Shown: piece by piece, positions 1 through 8,957 of the stretch
Layout: each line of letters starts with the position of its first letter
Position numbering within the stretch: position 1 is the first letter of the stretch
From: an uncultured Candidatus Saccharibacteria bacterium
GTDB lineage: Bacteria; Patescibacteriota; Minisyncoccia; Phycocordibacterales; UBA9973
DNA length: 64,000 bases
Direction of reading: 5' to 3'
NCBI GenBank assembly: GCA_964544225.1
Contig: CAZIZK010000002.1
Coordinates: 141,212 to 205,211 of the forward strand
Notes under the pieces: model-generated
The model's database searches: none
The model's input: only the letters and a program-made list of their open reading frames with translations
Told to the model about the DNA's origin: nothing
Made by a program: the position numbers and the translations under genes

Positions 1-1
1 T

Positions 2-340
2 GGTAAGAAGTTCTTTGGCCCGGACTTTGCATACTATTTGTCCGCTACTATTGGTGAATTTACAAAGACAGTATCTATCATGGACAGCCATAAAGAGATC
101 ATCGATGATCTTCGTGAGACCAACGACTCATTATTGTCTAGTAAGACAAACGAGACAATGCGTATATTGACCATCATTACCTTTATCACCTCCCCTGTGA
201 TGGTTATATCGAGTATCTTTATGATGAACACTGACTTTGTCCTTCTAAATGGTGCTACAGAATTTATTATACTTGTAGGGATAATGCTCAGTATGAGTAT
301 TCTAATATTTATCTACTTCAAACTTAAAAAATGGCTCTAA
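2..340 (+). CDS. CorA-family Mg2+/Co2+ transporter, C-terminal fragment (gene continues upstream of window)
   Basis: Open frame from base 2 with no start. Two C-terminal TM helices, the signature region ...MRILTIITFITSPVMVISSIFMMNTDF..., and the terminal basic tail YFKLKKWL typical of CorA. The canonical GMN motif reads MMN here. Confidence 0.7.
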   Translation, partial: GKKFFGPDFAYYLSATIGEFTKTVSIMDSHKEIIDDLRETNDSLLSSKTNETMRILTIITFITSPVMVISSIFMMNTDFVLLNGATEFIILVGIMLSMSILIFIYFKLKKWL

Positions 341-1692
341 AAGTTTACAATACATTAACACATACAGAGGAAGACTTTGTTCCGATACACAGTGACACTG
401 TATCGCTGTATACTTGTGGCCCTACAGTGTATGACTACCCACATATAGGTAACTACCGTGCGTACGTTTTTGGCGACATGCTAAAGAGGTACCTGACTTA
501 TCGTGGATACAATGTAGACCATGTTATGAATATTACCGATATCGACGACAAGACTATCAAAAAGTCGCAAGAAAAAGGCCAAACTTTGGAAGAATTTACC
601 GACTTCTATACCGAAGAATTCTACAAGGATCGTGACGCTCTCAATATCATCCCTGCGAATAAGTATACAAAGGCTACCAACTATGTAGATGTGATGATAG
701 AGATGATCGAAGGTTTATTGGAAAGTGGTCATGCATACCGTGGTGAAGATGGCTCAGTGTATTTCAAGATAGCAAGCTTCCCTGACTATGGTAAACTCTC
801 GCACCTAGACTTATCAACGCTGAAAGAGAATGCAAAGGGTCGCATGGCAAGTGATGAATATGATAAAGACAATGCCCAAGACTTTGCATTATGGAAAGCG
901 TGGGGTGAAGAAGATGGTGAAGTATTCTGGAACACAACTCTTGGTAAAGGGCGCCCAGGCTGGCATATCGAATGTTCTGCTATGGCCACCAACGAACTTG
1001 GTAATAGTATCGACATACACACAGGTGGAGTCGACAACATATTCCCCCACCACGAGAACGAGATAGCCCAGAGTCAGTGTGTGACCGGAGAGATTTTTGT
1101 AAAATACTGGATGCACAATGAACATCTATTAGTAGACGGCAAGAAGATGGCGAAATCTGCAGGCAACTTCTATACCCTACGCGACTTTATGAAAAAAGGT
1201 ATTACTCCGCTCGGTTACCGCATGTGGCTATACACCGCGCATTATCGTACGCAAGTGAATCTGAGTATTGATACTGTTATGGGTGCAGACAAGGCCCTAG
1301 CCCGCCTCAGAGAGGCTTATAAAGCCCTAGATAGTGGTATTGCTGGCCATGTGGATCAAGCTTACAAGGCGAAATTCGTAGAATATATGGATGAAGACCT
1401 AAATTCACCAAAGGCTGTAGCACTCATGTATGAACTATTGAAAGACGATGAAGTTACTGATGCGAACAAACGCGCAACCCTACTCGACTTTGATCGTGTA
1501 TTTGGGTTCGAGATAGATCAAGTAGAAGCTGAAATAGAAATCCCAGATGAAGTTATGGGTCTTGCCAAAGAGCGCCAACAAGCTCGCAAGGATCAAGACT
1601 GGGCAAAGAGCGACATGCTCCGCGCTAAAATTGAACTCCTCGGATACAACGTCAAAGACACCCCCGACGGATACAAAATCACAAAAATATAA
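331..1692 (+). CDS. cysS: cysteinyl-tRNA synthetase
   Basis: Class I aaRS. HIGH motif (CGPTVYDYPHIGNYR), KMSKS variant (KMAKSAGN), cysteine/Zn-binding context (WHIECS). Size 453 aa. Confidence 0.95.
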   Translation: MALKVYNTLTHTEEDFVPIHSDTVSLYTCGPTVYDYPHIGNYRAYVFGDMLKRYLTYRGYNVDHVMNITDIDDKTIKKSQEKGQTLEEFTDFYTEEFYKDRDALNIIPANKYTKATNYVDVMIEMIEGLLESGHAYRGEDGSVYFKIASFPDYGKLSHLDLSTLKENAKGRMASDEYDKDNAQDFALWKAWGEEDGEVFWNTTLGKGRPGWHIECSAMATNELGNSIDIHTGGVDNIFPHHENEIAQSQCVTGEIFVKYWMHNEHLLVDGKKMAKSAGNFYTLRDFMKKGITPLGYRMWLYTAHYRTQVNLSIDTVMGADKALARLREAYKALDSGIAGHVDQAYKAKFVEYMDEDLNSPKAVALMYELLKDDEVTDANKRATLLDFDRVFGFEIDQVEAEIEIPDEVMGLAKERQQARKDQDWAKSDMLRAKIELLGYNVKDTPDGYKITKI

Positions 1693-1700
1693 ATAAAAAT

Positions 1701-1755
1701 CTGGAAGTTCGACTTCCAGATTTTTATTTTCTTAGACCGTGCTTTAGGCACGGGC
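1701..1755. terminator. tandem hairpins forming a bidirectional terminator between cysS (+) and the histidine kinase (-)
   Basis: ctggaagttcgacttccag followed by a T-run, then ccgtgctttaggcacgg. Perfect inverted repeats. Confidence 0.6.
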
Positions 1756-1760
1756 TGATA

Positions 1761-3440
1761 TTATTTCACACTATCAAGTTCCATCCAGAATGTAGAGCCA
1801 AGGTTTGGGCCTGGTGAGTCTACACCTACATTTCCGTTGTGAGCTTTGGCTATTTCTTTTGCGAGATACAGGCCTAGTCCTGAACCAGAAGAGTTGACCT
1901 TGCCACCTTCACCTCGAGCAAACTTTTGGAACAATGTAGCCTTTACCATTGGTGTCATACCCATGCCAGTATCTTTGATAGCAAAGCGAACTTTACCATC
2001 TACATGACTGAGTCCTACTTCAATACTACCCTCCTTTGTATACTTGATAGAATTGTCGATAAAGTTCAGTGCTACTTGGCGGAGCTTCTCCTTATCGCCG
2101 TGTACATTGTATGGGCCTGTTTTATCATCGGTATATGACAACTTTAGACCCTTCTTCTCGGCAGTTATGGACAAGTCCTTTGCCATGTTGGAAGCAAGTT
2201 CGGTAAAATCGAAATCTATCATCTCATACTTCATACCACCGGACTCGATCTTTGACACACTTAGGAAATCTTCCACCACGATGGCTAGGTTCGAGCTAGA
2301 CTCAAATATACGACTTGCCGCCTCTTTTGCTTTATCATTTATCTTGCCGAAATCTCCATCTACAAGCATTGAAGAGTAACCCTTTATTGCAGTTAGTGGA
2401 CTGCGTAGCTGGTGTGAAGCAAGTGACAGGAACTCGGTCTTTAATTTATCCAATTCTTTCAATTTATCATTTGCATTTTCAAGCTTCATGTTCGTTTCTT
2501 CAAGGCGCATTTTGGAAGCTTCTAGGTCTTTTGACAAGTTTTCAATACGAACACGCTGGTCAGACTCTTTCTTTAGATTTCGGAACAATATAATACTCAA
2601 TACTAAAGTTAATACGATAGTAATGATAGTCAATAATCGGTCGGCATCACCACTGATAAAGAATAGTTGCCCACCCACTAGTACAACAAGTCCAACAACC
2701 AGATAGTGTGTACCTAGTATGTTGAAGTGGAATATATCGAATTCAAATACGGCATAAATAATAGCAAGTAGGAATAGTGGGAGTATAAATAGACTATATA
2801 GATTGATCTCGTATATACCTGTCAGTGATGATATATACTCAGACACACCAAATACTGAAAGGAATAGTATGATACTACCTAGTACTATCAAGTCAGCCTT
2901 CTTATCTTTCTTATCCTGCTTTTTGAAAATAGATTGAACGAAATATATTACTATAGTGATACCAATACCACTCTCTATGAATAACTTGTAGTTATCAAGG
3001 AATGTATTGTTCACAGCCTCGCACACAGACTGGTCGAACCCTAATACGGACTTCTTCATAAGAGTAAATACTAAAGGTACTAGTGTAATACCCACAAAGA
3101 GCATCTTTACCCACTTGGATATATCCCTTTCTCGAACGAATACAAAGGCAAAGTACATAGCCAATACGAAGAACACTATCTCTATGTATAACAAGAATGA
3201 CCATACAGCGTAAACTAAATTGTAGTTACTTGATGTCCAAACTATATAATCACCAACAAGCCATATTGATATAAAAGATACGAATGTAAGAAATATTTTA
3301 GAAAACAGGTTGAACTTTGCCTTAAATGCTACAAATATAGCAAGAAGTAATGAGAGTACAACAGGAATAAGGTGTGAATAAGAAGCGATGACTCGTATAT
3401 CTTGTGTTAAAACATAACATGTATTGATTATTTCATTCAT
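1761..3440 (-). CDS. sensor histidine kinase (multi-TM N-terminal sensor, HisKA + HATPase_c)
   Basis: About 7 hydrophobic helices N-terminal, coiled-coil linker, H-box SHQLRSPLTAIKGY, N/G boxes (NFIDNSIKYT, DTGMGM, GSGLGLYLAKEI). Confidence 0.85.
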   Translation of the reverse strand: MNEIINTCYVLTQDIRVIASYSHLIPVVLSLLLAIFVAFKAKFNLFSKIFLTFVSFISIWLVGDYIVWTSSNYNLVYAVWSFLLYIEIVFFVLAMYFAFVFVRERDISKWVKMLFVGITLVPLVFTLMKKSVLGFDQSVCEAVNNTFLDNYKLFIESGIGITIVIYFVQSIFKKQDKKDKKADLIVLGSIILFLSVFGVSEYISSLTGIYEINLYSLFILPLFLLAIIYAVFEFDIFHFNILGTHYLVVGLVVLVGGQLFFISGDADRLLTIITIVLTLVLSIILFRNLKKESDQRVRIENLSKDLEASKMRLEETNMKLENANDKLKELDKLKTEFLSLASHQLRSPLTAIKGYSSMLVDGDFGKINDKAKEAASRIFESSSNLAIVVEDFLSVSKIESGGMKYEMIDFDFTELASNMAKDLSITAEKKGLKLSYTDDKTGPYNVHGDKEKLRQVALNFIDNSIKYTKEGSIEVGLSHVDGKVRFAIKDTGMGMTPMVKATLFQKFARGEGGKVNSSGSGLGLYLAKEIAKAHNGNVGVDSPGPNLGSTFWMELDSVK

Positions 3441-3447
3441 ATTTTTA

Positions 3448-4251
3448 TTAAATTATTTCTTTTATACCTGGTTTATAAGAAACCCAATACTCACCATCTT
3501 CAATATCCATAGGGGGTATTGGTACTATTAAAGGTTTTTCATTTGTAAGACTATACACATAATCAATTGCAGGAAGCACTATATTTTTTGAAAAAATAGC
3601 ATTTGAACCTGTAGTTAAAAAATTCTCAAATAAAATACCATTACATAGAAACATTAAAAAGAGTTTTTTATAATAATCTTCCGGTTTACCACCATTTTTA
3701 TGTATCCATTCTGATAAATCGTAAAAAGTTAGATTATTAATATGATCATTGTGAGCAAATTCAAATAATTTTCTATGTAAACTTAACAAGGATTCACCTT
3801 TTATTGTCGGAACATCGCACAATTTTTTACCATCGTGTTTACTAAAATCAACAATGGTACATTTTTGAATTTGGTATTCCCCTTTCTTGTCGACACCATT
3901 ATTTATACGAAGTTGACCTAGAGAATGCTTGAAGTCATTATTTGATGTAAATTTATCATCAAGATATTCAAAGAAAATAGGTTTTATATGATTTTCTTTG
4001 GTTATTTGTAAGAAATGTTGTGCATCCATATTCGGTGTAGCTATTTGCCTAAACTGCACACCGCATTTATCACCTGTATTTAAACATTCGGGGATATCAC
4101 CTTTTAAAAGTTCTGTGACTTTTGCAACTAGGTCTTTATTGTTGCGTCTTTCCTCCAATATTTCCAAAGCTTCTGATAGTGGAGTATATACAACACTATT
4201 AAAAAGCTTTTTGTCAGACATTATTTCATCATAATTACCTATAGAAGTCAT
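3448..4251 (-). CDS. hypothetical protein (267 aa), translationally coupled to upstream Cys-rich protein gene
   Basis: Long ORF, 3-nt gap to upstream gene and 7-nt gap to downstream kinase gene. No motif I recognise. Confidence 0.5.
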   Translation of the reverse strand: MTSIGNYDEIMSDKKLFNSVVYTPLSEALEILEERRNNKDLVAKVTELLKGDIPECLNTGDKCGVQFRQIATPNMDAQHFLQITKENHIKPIFFEYLDDKFTSNNDFKHSLGQLRINNGVDKKGEYQIQKCTIVDFSKHDGKKLCDVPTIKGESLLSLHRKLFEFAHNDHINNLTFYDLSEWIHKNGGKPEDYYKKLFLMFLCNGILFENFLTTGSNAIFSKNIVLPAIDYVYSLTNEKPLIVPIPPMDIEDGEYWVSYKPGIKEII

Positions 4252-4254
4252 ATA

Positions 4255-4656
4255 TTACTTTTTCTTATTTATTATTGTCGGTATAATTTCGGGTGGCTCT
4301 GGTACAGTACATATACCCGCGTCGATATCATCATTTGTACATTCTTGTTCTTGACACTGTATGACACCACCTTCACAAGCACTCTGACAGTCTTCGTTCG
4401 AACAGTATTTGAAATCAGAAGCTTTGATGTCGTACACTTTATAGTATGAATAATTGTTAGGTGGACACTCGGCGTCAGGCAATGTACAGTCGCGATAACG
4501 GCATGTCTGGGTAGTTGGGTCACAAGAAGTTTCAACAATAAAATTGAAGTCCTGTTTGAAATAAAAGAAGTAAATCATGCTAGTAATACAAACAACACAA
4601 CAAATCAATAATACTGACAAAAATTTACTTTTAGAATTAATTATATCTTCTGGCAT
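4255..4656 (-). CDS. small membrane-anchored cysteine-rich protein (133 aa)
   Basis: N-terminal TM (FLSVLLICCVVCITSMIYFFYF) followed by about 14 Cys in an extracytoplasmic domain. Looks like a disulfide-rich secreted domain. Confidence 0.5.
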   Translation of the reverse strand: MPEDIINSKSKFLSVLLICCVVCITSMIYFFYFKQDFNFIVETSCDPTTQTCRYRDCTLPDAECPPNNYSYYKVYDIKASDFKYCSNEDCQSACEGGVIQCQEQECTNDDIDAGICTVPEPPEIIPTIINKKK

Positions 4657-4680
4657 ATATGTATTATTTTATCATATTTA

Positions 4681-5592
4681 TTAATTAAAAAGTATCACAC
4701 TACCGCATATCATGATAAGTATAGCGATTATTTTTGGTATCAAGACACCTTTTGACATATCTTCTTTTACAATATTTGGGTAAGTGTATGTAAATATTAT
4801 AGTCATGATCAATAGTATCGCCGGCTGAAAGCTACCTACCAGGTAGACCATGGTAACTGGTGCCAGGAGCAGAGCAAAGTTAGTAAGCATGTTACCAATC
4901 ACTGTTAGGATCTCGCTTGATACGTTTAAAGAAAATATTGTCTTGCCACCGAGCTTGTTCATATGCATGAACTCCTTGCGATATTTCGGTACGAATATAT
5001 AAAGGATTACTCCTGCAATACCTAGACCCACATATTCCCAGAATGATGCTACCCAGAAGTTATCCTCCACTGTTACGTATTTAAATATTATCCCTGCCGA
5101 TGCTATAAGCAGGCAGGCTATCAACATATATAGGGCTGGCTTCCAGCGGAACTTCCTATTATTCTTGAAATCTATCGATACGATACCCACACCAAGCAAT
5201 ACAATCAGCGAGCCTATTTGCTGGTGAACTGTCAGAGTCTCACCTAGAAATATATACCCCAACAAATACCCAAATACTGGCACAGTCAGGAACCACGGTA
5301 CGAGTGTGGATATATCCTCAAGTTCGATAGTGAACAAGTACAATATGATCCATATGATAGTAATGAAGCCGGTAATGATGAGGAGGATCTTGTCTAAGCT
5401 TGATATGTCGAAAACATTTGGATTGAATATCCATATACCGAGTGCCACAAATATACCTATCAAACTCGAGAAAAGTACCAGGCCCCCCGAGCCACGCTCG
5501 CCTATTGAATACTTTGCAACTAAATATTGATCAAATATGTTTACCAATGCCCACAGGAATGGTGCACCGAGTGCTATTAAAAACCAATTCAT
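4681..5592 (-). CDS. EamA/DMT-superfamily transporter
   Basis: 303 aa, about 10 TM helices, two EamA-like halves. N-terminus MNWFLIALGAPFLWALVNIFDQYLV. Confidence 0.65.
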   Translation of the reverse strand: MNWFLIALGAPFLWALVNIFDQYLVAKYSIGERGSGGLVLFSSLIGIFVALGIWIFNPNVFDISSLDKILLIITGFITIIWIILYLFTIELEDISTLVPWFLTVPVFGYLLGYIFLGETLTVHQQIGSLIVLLGVGIVSIDFKNNRKFRWKPALYMLIACLLIASAGIIFKYVTVEDNFWVASFWEYVGLGIAGVILYIFVPKYRKEFMHMNKLGGKTIFSLNVSSEILTVIGNMLTNFALLLAPVTMVYLVGSFQPAILLIMTIIFTYTYPNIVKEDMSKGVLIPKIIAILIMICGSVILFN

Positions 5593-5686
5593 ATAAATAT
5601 TATAACATATCTATATTCATAAATTGCCAAAGGGGTAAAATTTGTGTACTATTTCCATATATTTAATTATTTAATTTTTAATCAAA

Positions 5687-6598
5687 ATGATAGATACAAT
5701 ATTGAGCGCAGGTAAAAATATAGACAAGTCTGATGTGGTGATAGTAAGTGCCGGTTATGAAAAGACAGCAAGTAGCCGTAAAGGTACAGCAAAGGGCCCA
5801 AAGGCTGTTATGAAGATGCTCGATAGCAAGCTCGAGCTCTTTGACCGTAATTTCAAGAAGGAGGCTAGCAAATTTATCGGTATTGCAGCCAAAGACCTAG
5901 GTGATATCAGTAAATTAACTCCCGAAGGTGCATTGAAGAAGATCACGGCTGAATGCGACAAGATAGTGTCCAAAGGTAAGTTCGTATTGTTGCTAGGTGG
6001 TGAGCACTCTGTATCATTAGGCCTATTCCAATCCCTTGCGAAAGTTCACAACCCAAAAGATGTCACAATATTACAAATCGATGCGCACTGTGACCTACGC
6101 GATACTGACGCCGACTACAACCCAAAGCCTACAAAGTATGCGCACTCTTGTGTACTACACCGTGCCACTGACTTACAATACCCACTAGTTCAGGTAGGTA
6201 TCCGCACATATTCAATACACGAATACAAGTATTTCAGTGATCCAAAGAATAATATTACAGTATTTGAATGGGGTAACCCAGACAGTGCCCATGATGTATG
6301 GCAAGCACCAAGTATCGACGAGATACTAGCTTCAATAAAGACAAAGTATGTATATCTAACTATCGATGTAGACGGCTTTGACCCTGCATATATGCCTGGT
6401 ACAGGTACACCTGTCCAAGGGGGCCTAGAGTGGTGGTATGGTGTAGAATTGATCAATAGATTGATAAATGAAAAGGTATTGATAGGTGCCGACATTGTGG
6501 AAGTCTCCCCTATGAAGGATTCCGTCCTTACTGAATACGGCGCAGCCCAGCTAGCGTATAATATAATCACTAATAAGTTCCGAGACAAGTTGAAATAA
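5687..6598 (+). CDS. speB: agmatinase/arginase-family ureohydrolase (likely agmatinase)
   Basis: Mn-binding signature blocks LLLGGEHSVSLG, ILQIDAHCDLRD, LTIDVDGFDPAYMPGTGTPVQGGL. Confidence 0.8.
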   Translation: MIDTILSAGKNIDKSDVVIVSAGYEKTASSRKGTAKGPKAVMKMLDSKLELFDRNFKKEASKFIGIAAKDLGDISKLTPEGALKKITAECDKIVSKGKFVLLLGGEHSVSLGLFQSLAKVHNPKDVTILQIDAHCDLRDTDADYNPKPTKYAHSCVLHRATDLQYPLVQVGIRTYSIHEYKYFSDPKNNITVFEWGNPDSAHDVWQAPSIDEILASIKTKYVYLTIDVDGFDPAYMPGTGTPVQGGLEWWYGVELINRLINEKVLIGADIVEVSPMKDSVLTEYGAAQLAYNIITNKFRDKLK

Positions 6599-6614
6599 GC
6601 ATTATTTGACAGAT

Positions 6615-6652
6615 GTGTATTTTTAGTTTATAAATAAATAAAAATACACATG
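6615..6652. terminator. hairpin (tgtgtattttta...taaaaatacaca) after the agmatinase gene
   Basis: 11-bp perfect inverted repeat with AT-rich loop. Marks the 5' border of an AT-rich cassette. Confidence 0.45.
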
Positions 6653-6653
6653 T

Positions 6654-7202
6654 ATGAAAAAACTATACTTAGCTAAAAGGATACAAAAGAACCCGGATCC
6701 CAGATTTATACTTTCAGTAAATACAAACATGAGCTTGGAAAATGTAATCGAGGCATATGTTGAAAAAATTTATGTCACAAAAAGATACATTTATAATGGC
6801 CCGTGGGTACTAAGAGCACCATTCTATGAAAATGTTTTTGCTGAAAATAATATGCCCCCAGATTTAAAACCTATTAATGTGTGGGAAATGGTCAAACAAA
6901 AAATAGATTCTAGCGATATTTTTATAGGTATAATAAGTGGAAAATCTTATGGAACTATTGCAGAGGTTGGATATGCCTGTAACTCCACTAAAATTGCAGT
7001 ATATGTACTACCTGAAATAAATTTAAGTTATGATGAATTACAAGATTTGTGGTTTGTATTTCAAATGGCATTTAATACAGAAAATTTATGGTTAGATGAG
7101 GATATAAAAAATATAGAAGAATTTAATCATCTAAATATTTTTTCTATTAATGACTATAAATCGTATGTAAGTAAAATAATACCAAATTTTATGAAAAAAT
7201 AA
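6654..7202 (+). CDS. nucleoside 2-deoxyribosyltransferase-like (NDT/Rcl/YtoQ-type Rossmann-like) protein
   Basis: Motif SDIFIGIISGKSYGTIAEVGYACNSTKIAVYVL matches the D...G..sGTa.ElGyA...kpv core of the NDT family, with a conserved Glu in AEVGYA. Very AT-rich gene. Confidence 0.5.
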   Translation: MKKLYLAKRIQKNPDPRFILSVNTNMSLENVIEAYVEKIYVTKRYIYNGPWVLRAPFYENVFAENNMPPDLKPINVWEMVKQKIDSSDIFIGIISGKSYGTIAEVGYACNSTKIAVYVLPEINLSYDELQDLWFVFQMAFNTENLWLDEDIKNIEEFNHLNIFSINDYKSYVSKIIPNFMKK

Positions 7203-7207
7203 AAATC

Positions 7208-7248
7208 AATAAAAACCTTTCTTTTTAAAAAATTGAAAGGTTTTTTTA
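7208..7248. terminator. hairpin aaaaacctttc-N13-gaaaggttttttt between NDT-like and NUDIX genes
   Basis: Perfect 8-bp stem flanked by A-run and T-run. Confidence 0.5.
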
Positions 7249-7271
7249 TTTATGATACAATTACCTTTATA

Positions 7272-7685
7272 ATGAATATACGTATAAACTCTTTAGTTTT
7301 AATTTATAATAAAGAAAAAGTTTTGCTCCAGAAAGGATATGATCATTTTAAAAATATTATTTTTTATAGACCATTAGGAGGAGGTATCGAATTCGGAGAA
7401 AAAGCTGTAGAAGCAGTAAAAAGAGAGATCATGGAAGAAATTGGAGCTACCTTAATAAAGGAAAAATTCCTTACTGTTTTTGAAAATATATTTGAATTTA
7501 ATGGAAATAAATTTCATGAAATAACATTTTTATTTACTGCAGAATTAGCAGAAGAAGAGATGAATAAAAAGAAATTCTTACAAATTTTAGACAAGAAAGG
7601 AGCACAAGCAGAGTGGGTTCTACTATCAGATATAAAAAATGGAGTAGTAAAAATTTTACCAGAAAATTGTATCAATTTTATGTAA
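7272..7685 (+). CDS. NUDIX hydrolase
   Basis: Nudix box GGGIEFGEKAVEAVKREIMEEIGA (GX5EX7REUXEEXGU). The start at 7272 (MNIRINS) is preferred because the 7233 ATG lies inside the upstream hairpin. Confidence 0.8.
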   Translation: MNIRINSLVLIYNKEKVLLQKGYDHFKNIIFYRPLGGGIEFGEKAVEAVKREIMEEIGATLIKEKFLTVFENIFEFNGNKFHEITFLFTAELAEEEMNKKKFLQILDKKGAQAEWVLLSDIKNGVVKILPENCINFM

Positions 7686-7716
7686 AAATACTTAAATTTC
7701 ATTCAGAGTTGAAATT

Positions 7717-7748
7717 AAAAAACACTAGGTCTTGCCTAGTGTTTTTTA
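7717..7748. terminator. bidirectional terminator hairpin cactagg-tcttg-cctagtg with A/T runs
   Basis: Perfect 7-bp stem, A5 upstream and T6 downstream. Lies between the convergent NUDIX and DHS-like genes. Confidence 0.65.
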
Positions 7749-7761
7749 ATTGGTTAGAATT

Positions 7762-8781
7762 TTAGCCTAAATACTGTTGTATTAGTTTGTTAGCCTCGTC
7801 AGGATTTGCCTTCATTTCCAATAGTGCTGTGAGCATTAGTGGGGCTACTATTGTAGCGTCAGATTCCACCACGAACATTGGAGTCTCCTCGGTCAATTTA
7901 TCCCAAGTGATCTTCTCGTTTGGAGTTGCACCGGAATATGAACCATATGATGTTGTAGAGTCAGATATCTGGCAGAAGTATGCCCAAGGCTTTGCCTGTT
8001 GTTCCATATCGTATTTCAGTGATGGAACTACACATATCGGGAAGTCTCCAGCGATACCTCCACCGATCTGGAAGAATCCGATACCCTTGCCCTCGGACAA
8101 TGTCTGATACTGGTCATATAATGCACCCATGTACTCTACACCGCTCTTTGCGATAGTTGCACTACAGTCCCCCATCTTTACGTGTGAAGCAAAGATATTT
8201 CCAAAAGTAGAGTCCTCGTATCCTGGCACCACTATTGGCAAGTTTGCCTGTGCAGCTGCAAGTAGCCAGCATTCATCGGCCTTACCTTCATGATCCTCCT
8301 TGTCTATCTTCTGTATTAATTCGTAGAAATATTCATGCCAGAAACGTCTGTCGCCTTTTGCATCTGCGTCCTTCCACATTGGGACAATAAACTTCTCCAC
8401 CTTGCGGAAAGCCTCATCCTCGGGGATACTAGTGTCTGTAACACGGCGCATACGATCCTCCAATATCTTTGTATCATCTTCTTTTGTAAAGTAACGATAA
8501 TCTGGAAAGTCCTTGTAACTATCATGGGCAACAAGGCGGAAAAGTGATTCCTCCAGGTTCGCACCTGTTACAGACATACCGTGGATAAGGCCTGCGCGGA
8601 TTGCCGGTGCAAGAGTGATACCCATCTGTGCAGAAGACATAGCCCCAGCGACAGCCCAGAACATACGGCCCCCACCTTCTACGTGGCGCCAATACGCTAT
8701 CAATGCATCACGAGTAGCACGAGAGTTAAAGTTCTTATAATTCTTTAAAACAAATTCTAATGTTGGAAGATTTGGATTCAT
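7762..8781 (-). CDS. deoxyhypusine synthase-like protein (bacterial DHS/homospermidine-synthase-like family)
   Basis: MFWAVAGAMSSAQMGITLAPAIRAGLIHGMSVTGANLEESLF aligns with the eukaryotic DHS core [42 protein letters not shown]. Size 339 aa. Confidence 0.7.
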   Translation of the reverse strand: MNPNLPTLEFVLKNYKNFNSRATRDALIAYWRHVEGGGRMFWAVAGAMSSAQMGITLAPAIRAGLIHGMSVTGANLEESLFRLVAHDSYKDFPDYRYFTKEDDTKILEDRMRRVTDTSIPEDEAFRKVEKFIVPMWKDADAKGDRRFWHEYFYELIQKIDKEDHEGKADECWLLAAAQANLPIVVPGYEDSTFGNIFASHVKMGDCSATIAKSGVEYMGALYDQYQTLSEGKGIGFFQIGGGIAGDFPICVVPSLKYDMEQQAKPWAYFCQISDSTTSYGSYSGATPNEKITWDKLTEETPMFVVESDATIVAPLMLTALLEMKANPDEANKLIQQYLG

Positions 8782-8832
8782 AATTTTTAAACTATTAATT
8801 TTATAAATATAAAAACATTATAACATTTTTTA

Positions 8833-8953
8833 AAAATCAAGATATTGCTGTAGATACAAGGCGACGATGAGCATTGCGACCAAAATGTAGACATCTACAT
8901 TGCGGAAGCAAGAGGAGTCGTCAACGCAGTAGGTATAGTAATATCTTGATTTT
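8833..8953 (-). ncRNA. structured intergenic element between speA and the DHS-like gene (candidate regulatory RNA or attenuator)
   Basis: 14-bp perfect outer inverted repeat (aaaatcaagatatt / aatatcttgatttt) enclosing about 90 nt that contain the palindrome atgtagacatctacat and repeated cattgcg motifs. The 176-nt intergenic gap is unusually long for this genome. Confidence 0.35.
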
Positions 8954-8957
8954 TATT

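Noticed and set aside
7233-7271. Upstream ATG (MKGFFIYD...) for the NUDIX gene
   Set aside because: The ATG lies inside the stem of the 7208-7248 hairpin. The downstream Met (7272, MNIRINS) gives a normal NUDIX N-terminus. Upstream start considered unlikely, though not excluded.
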